DNA of 27,438 bases from an uncultured bacterium (GTDB lineage: Bacteria; Abyssobacteria; SURF-5), in contig CAZEBC010000030.1 of the NCBI GenBank assembly GCA_964510165.1, forward strand, positions 1-27,438. The letters are read 5' to 3'. Shown here in pieces: positions 25,078 to 27,438 of the stretch. The position numbers were made by a program, and so were the translations under genes. The stretch's first letter is position 1. Each line of letters opens with the position of its first letter. A model generated the notes under the pieces. That model saw only the letters and a list, made by a program, of their open reading frames with translations, had not been told where the DNA came from and did not search any database.

Positions 25078-25410
25078 TTACGAGTCCTCAAGCGCCTTCA
25101 TGGCGACGGACGAATGCGCCATCGCGGCCCCGGCCGCCATTGCGACGCCGACCATGATGGCCTCCGCTATTTCCTCATCGGTCGCGCCGGCCGCCTTCGC
25201 CTTCCGCGTATGGCTGTCAATGCAATACGGACATCGCGTGATATGCGCGCACCCGACAGCGATCAGTTCCTTGGCCTTTTCCGGCAAAGCCCCAGCCTCG
25301 AACGCCTTGTTGTTGAATTGGCCGAATGAGGCCAGAAGGTCTCCCTTGACCTCCGCGAATTTCCCTATCCCGCTGAGCACGGCGTCCTTTGCATAGAAAT
25401 GTTGACTCAT
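25078..25410 (-). CDS. Carboxymuconolactone decarboxylase / AhpD-like protein with CxxC
   Basis: GAL..K.KELIAV..A....CPYCI..H...A...GAT.EEI.EA. ATG at 25410 with AGGAG/GGAG upstream. Confidence 0.88.
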   Translation of the reverse strand: MSQHFYAKDAVLSGIGKFAEVKGDLLASFGQFNNKAFEAGALPEKAKELIAVGCAHITRCPYCIDSHTRKAKAAGATDEEIAEAIMVGVAMAAGAAMAHSSVAMKALEDS

Positions 25411-25466
25411 CTCCAATCTCCTTGTGCCACACATCCTGAACCGAAAATAACATCAATTTCCCGGCA

Positions 25467-25496
25467 AGACTATCACCAACTGGGTTGGCCTGTCAA
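25467..25496 (-). promoter_or_regulatory. Putative sigma70 promoter of the AhpD-like/acyl-CoA dehydrogenase unit, with an inverted repeat in the spacer
   Basis: The minus strand reads TTGACA, 18 nt, TAGTCT with TGn; CCAAC-N3-GTTGG lies at 25476-25488. Confidence 0.55.
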
Positions 25497-25516
25497 TTGC
25501 GCACATTCCAATTCTC

Positions 25517-25546
25517 TTGACATCTTGAAGCACTTGTTGATATAAG
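25517..25546 (+). promoter_or_regulatory. Putative sigma70 promoter of the 4Fe-4S gene
   Basis: TTGACA (25517-25522), 18 nt, TATAAG (25541-25546) with TGn. Confidence 0.55.
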
Positions 25547-25624
25547 AAAAGTCGGACTATAGATCTGGCTGTCGCTCATCACATTCGACTCAAACCCTAA
25601 GCGACAAACGTGGGAGACAAGTAA

Positions 25625-26626
25625 ATGAATGACACCGAAGCATATCAGGAACTGGCTGACAGAATAATGATGGGAAGCTCCGAGGACGTCAAACAAGTCC
25701 TCAGAATGACCGCCAATGAGGATGAGGCCCGGCTGCTTCTCGTCATGCCCGGCACGGCCGAGCAGCTTGCCGAGGCCACCAACCGTCCCTTGGACGAAAC
25801 CAAGAGAATGCTGGATGCTCTGTTTCACAAGGGGCTGGCGTTCGTCTCCGGAGGTTCCGGGAAATACAGAATGTTCCGCGATGTCGTGCAACTTCATGAT
25901 GCCACCGCGCTATGGCCGGAAGCCCCCCGCCGACTCCTTGAGCTTTGGAAAAGCTGGACGGACAAGGAATGGGCGCCGACCGCAAAGGCGTTCGAGGCGT
26001 TCCTGTCAAATCCCCCGCAAAGGGTTATCCCGGTCAACGTCACAATCGAGAACAAGAGCCAGATACTCCACCATGAAAACGTCAAGGAAATAATCAACAA
26101 TGCGCAAAGGATTGCGGTAACCAAATGCCCGTGCCGACTGGTTGACGGCAAGTGCGGGTTGCCGATCGAAGTGTGCGTCCAGATCAACAGGGGCGCCGAC
26201 TACGCGATCACCCGCGGGACCGGCAGGGAGATAGATAAGGCGGAAGCAATGGAAATCATGCGCACCGCAGAAGAGGCCGGCCTCGTGCACGTGACCATGA
26301 ACACAGACCACACCGACCATTACATATGCAATTGTTGCCCCGACTGCTGCATCGGATTGCGCGCCGTCAGGTCGAAAGAGGCCGCCCAGTTCGTCGCGCC
26401 ATCGAGATTTCAGGCGGTCGTCGAGGAAGAAGACTGTGTCGGCTGCGGCTCATGCCTGGACCGTTGCTACTTCGACGCGCTAAGTCTCACCGACGGCGGA
26501 GACGAATCAAAGGCGTCGGTGGACGCCGCGAAATGCGTCGGCTGCGGCCTGTGCGCCGTTGTCTGTCCCTCGGACGCCATCCACTTCGATGAAGCGCGTC
26601 CGCCCTCGTTCATCCCGTCAAAGTGA
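25625..26626 (+). CDS. 4Fe-4S dicluster domain protein with an additional Cys-rich central domain
   Basis: C-terminal CVGCGSCLDRC and CVGCGLCAVVCP; central CPCR...C...C and ICNCCPDCC; N-terminal helical, HTH-like segment. Confidence 0.88.
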   Translation: MNDTEAYQELADRIMMGSSEDVKQVLRMTANEDEARLLLVMPGTAEQLAEATNRPLDETKRMLDALFHKGLAFVSGGSGKYRMFRDVVQLHDATALWPEAPRRLLELWKSWTDKEWAPTAKAFEAFLSNPPQRVIPVNVTIENKSQILHHENVKEIINNAQRIAVTKCPCRLVDGKCGLPIEVCVQINRGADYAITRGTGREIDKAEAMEIMRTAEEAGLVHVTMNTDHTDHYICNCCPDCCIGLRAVRSKEAAQFVAPSRFQAVVEEEDCVGCGSCLDRCYFDALSLTDGGDESKASVDAAKCVGCGLCAVVCPSDAIHFDEARPPSFIPSK

Positions 26627-27410
26627 TCCTCTCCATAAACCCGAGGACCGCGCGGTTGAATTCCTCAGGAGCCTCAATCGCGGCGGCGTGGCCCGTAGAG
26701 AGGATGCAGAGTTCCGCTTTCCCGATTGATTCCTTCATCGTCCTGGCAACATTGACATCCATAAGGCCGTCGTTTTCTCCCGCGATAATTAGCGTTGGAC
26801 ACTTCAACGTGTCCAGTGCAACGGGACTGTCAATTGTCTCGACGATCGCCTGCATTATCGCGTAGTATTCCGAAGGATCATTCTGCATTTTGATGCTCTT
26901 GTACTTCCGAAATGCCGCCGGATTCTTGCTCTCAAAATCGGGAGAGAACGAGGCGACCGTCATTATTTCGGATATCACATCAATATCACCCTGCTGCAAG
27001 ACACCCGCCATCATCTTTCGGCGCTCTTCCATATCCGGACTCGGCGCAGCGCCCACGCCGCTGTTGGCGAGTATCAGCCCCTTGGTCTTCTCGGGATGTC
27101 TAAGCGCGAATTCAAGCGCGATGCGCCCGCCCATCGAGTAGCCGAGCGCACACGCCGAGCCGATGCCGAGCGCCTCAAGCAATCCATGAAGGTCATCGGC
27201 AAAGAGGCGCATCGAGTACGGCGCCCTCCCCCCTCGCGTCTTGCCAAAGCCTCTCACATCATAGGTGAGCACGCGGTATCGCTTTGAGAATTCCGGCGCC
27301 TGGTTGTACCACATGCCAAGATTGTCAGTGAACCCGTGAATCAGAACAAGACACTCCCCCGCTCCCGCCAACTCATAGTTCATCTCGATACCGTTGGCCG
27401 ATATCTTCAT
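26610..27410 (-). CDS. Alpha/beta fold hydrolase (enol-lactonase-like)
   Basis: LIHGF oxyanion motif, YDVRGFG, nucleophile elbow GYSMGG, GEND and GH. Overlaps the convergent 4Fe-4S gene by 17 nt. Confidence 0.9.
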   Translation of the reverse strand: MKISANGIEMNYELAGAGECLVLIHGFTDNLGMWYNQAPEFSKRYRVLTYDVRGFGKTRGGRAPYSMRLFADDLHGLLEALGIGSACALGYSMGGRIALEFALRHPEKTKGLILANSGVGAAPSPDMEERRKMMAGVLQQGDIDVISEIMTVASFSPDFESKNPAAFRKYKSIKMQNDPSEYYAIMQAIVETIDSPVALDTLKCPTLIIAGENDGLMDVNVARTMKESIGKAELCILSTGHAAAIEAPEEFNRAVLGFMERITLTG

Positions 27411-27438
27411 CGCGTTCCTCCCATCGTCAAATTCCCGC

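Noticed and set aside
25078-27410. Possible beta-ketoadipate pathway (pcaC plus pcaD) from the CMD-family gene and the enol-lactonase-like hydrolase
   Set aside because: The CMD protein has the AhpD-type CPYC motif, the two genes are separated by an oppositely oriented gene, and no other pca genes are present.

Overview
A GC-rich bacterial chromosomal window of mostly housekeeping genes, almost all on the minus strand. I found no rRNA, tRNA, CRISPR array, prophage or intact mobile element. A tightly packed ~13-kb run reads tktN-tktC-ftsE-(ftsX::envC fusion)-ctpA-rph-rdgB-tsaC-rpiB-glyA-dCMP deaminase-hslU-yjbQ-pgeF. It is followed by a JAB-DinG helicase fusion, a CxxC protein, a nicotinamidase-like hydrolase, a NUDIX hydrolase, an EF-G2-type paralog, a LysE transporter, two paralogous membrane coiled-coil proteins and a truncated methyltransferase. 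The right end holds a SIMPL protein, an acyl-CoA dehydrogenase, an AhpD-like protein, a 4Fe-4S protein and an alpha/beta hydrolase. Four observations stand out. (1) An apparently rewired FtsEX-EnvC module: FtsX and EnvC form one ORF joined by an internal signal-peptide-like segment ending in AYA|E, next to an FtsE with a degenerate ABC signature and D-loop. (2) A self-contained two-gene operon with a perfect TTGACA-17-TATAAT promoter and its own terminator, encoding two uncharacterised paralogous bitopic coiled-coil proteins. (3) hslU with no adjacent hslV. (4) A probably leaderless JAB-DinG gene. Several REP-like palindromes and heptamer repeats occupy intergenic spaces. All assignments come from manual motif reading; no searches were run.
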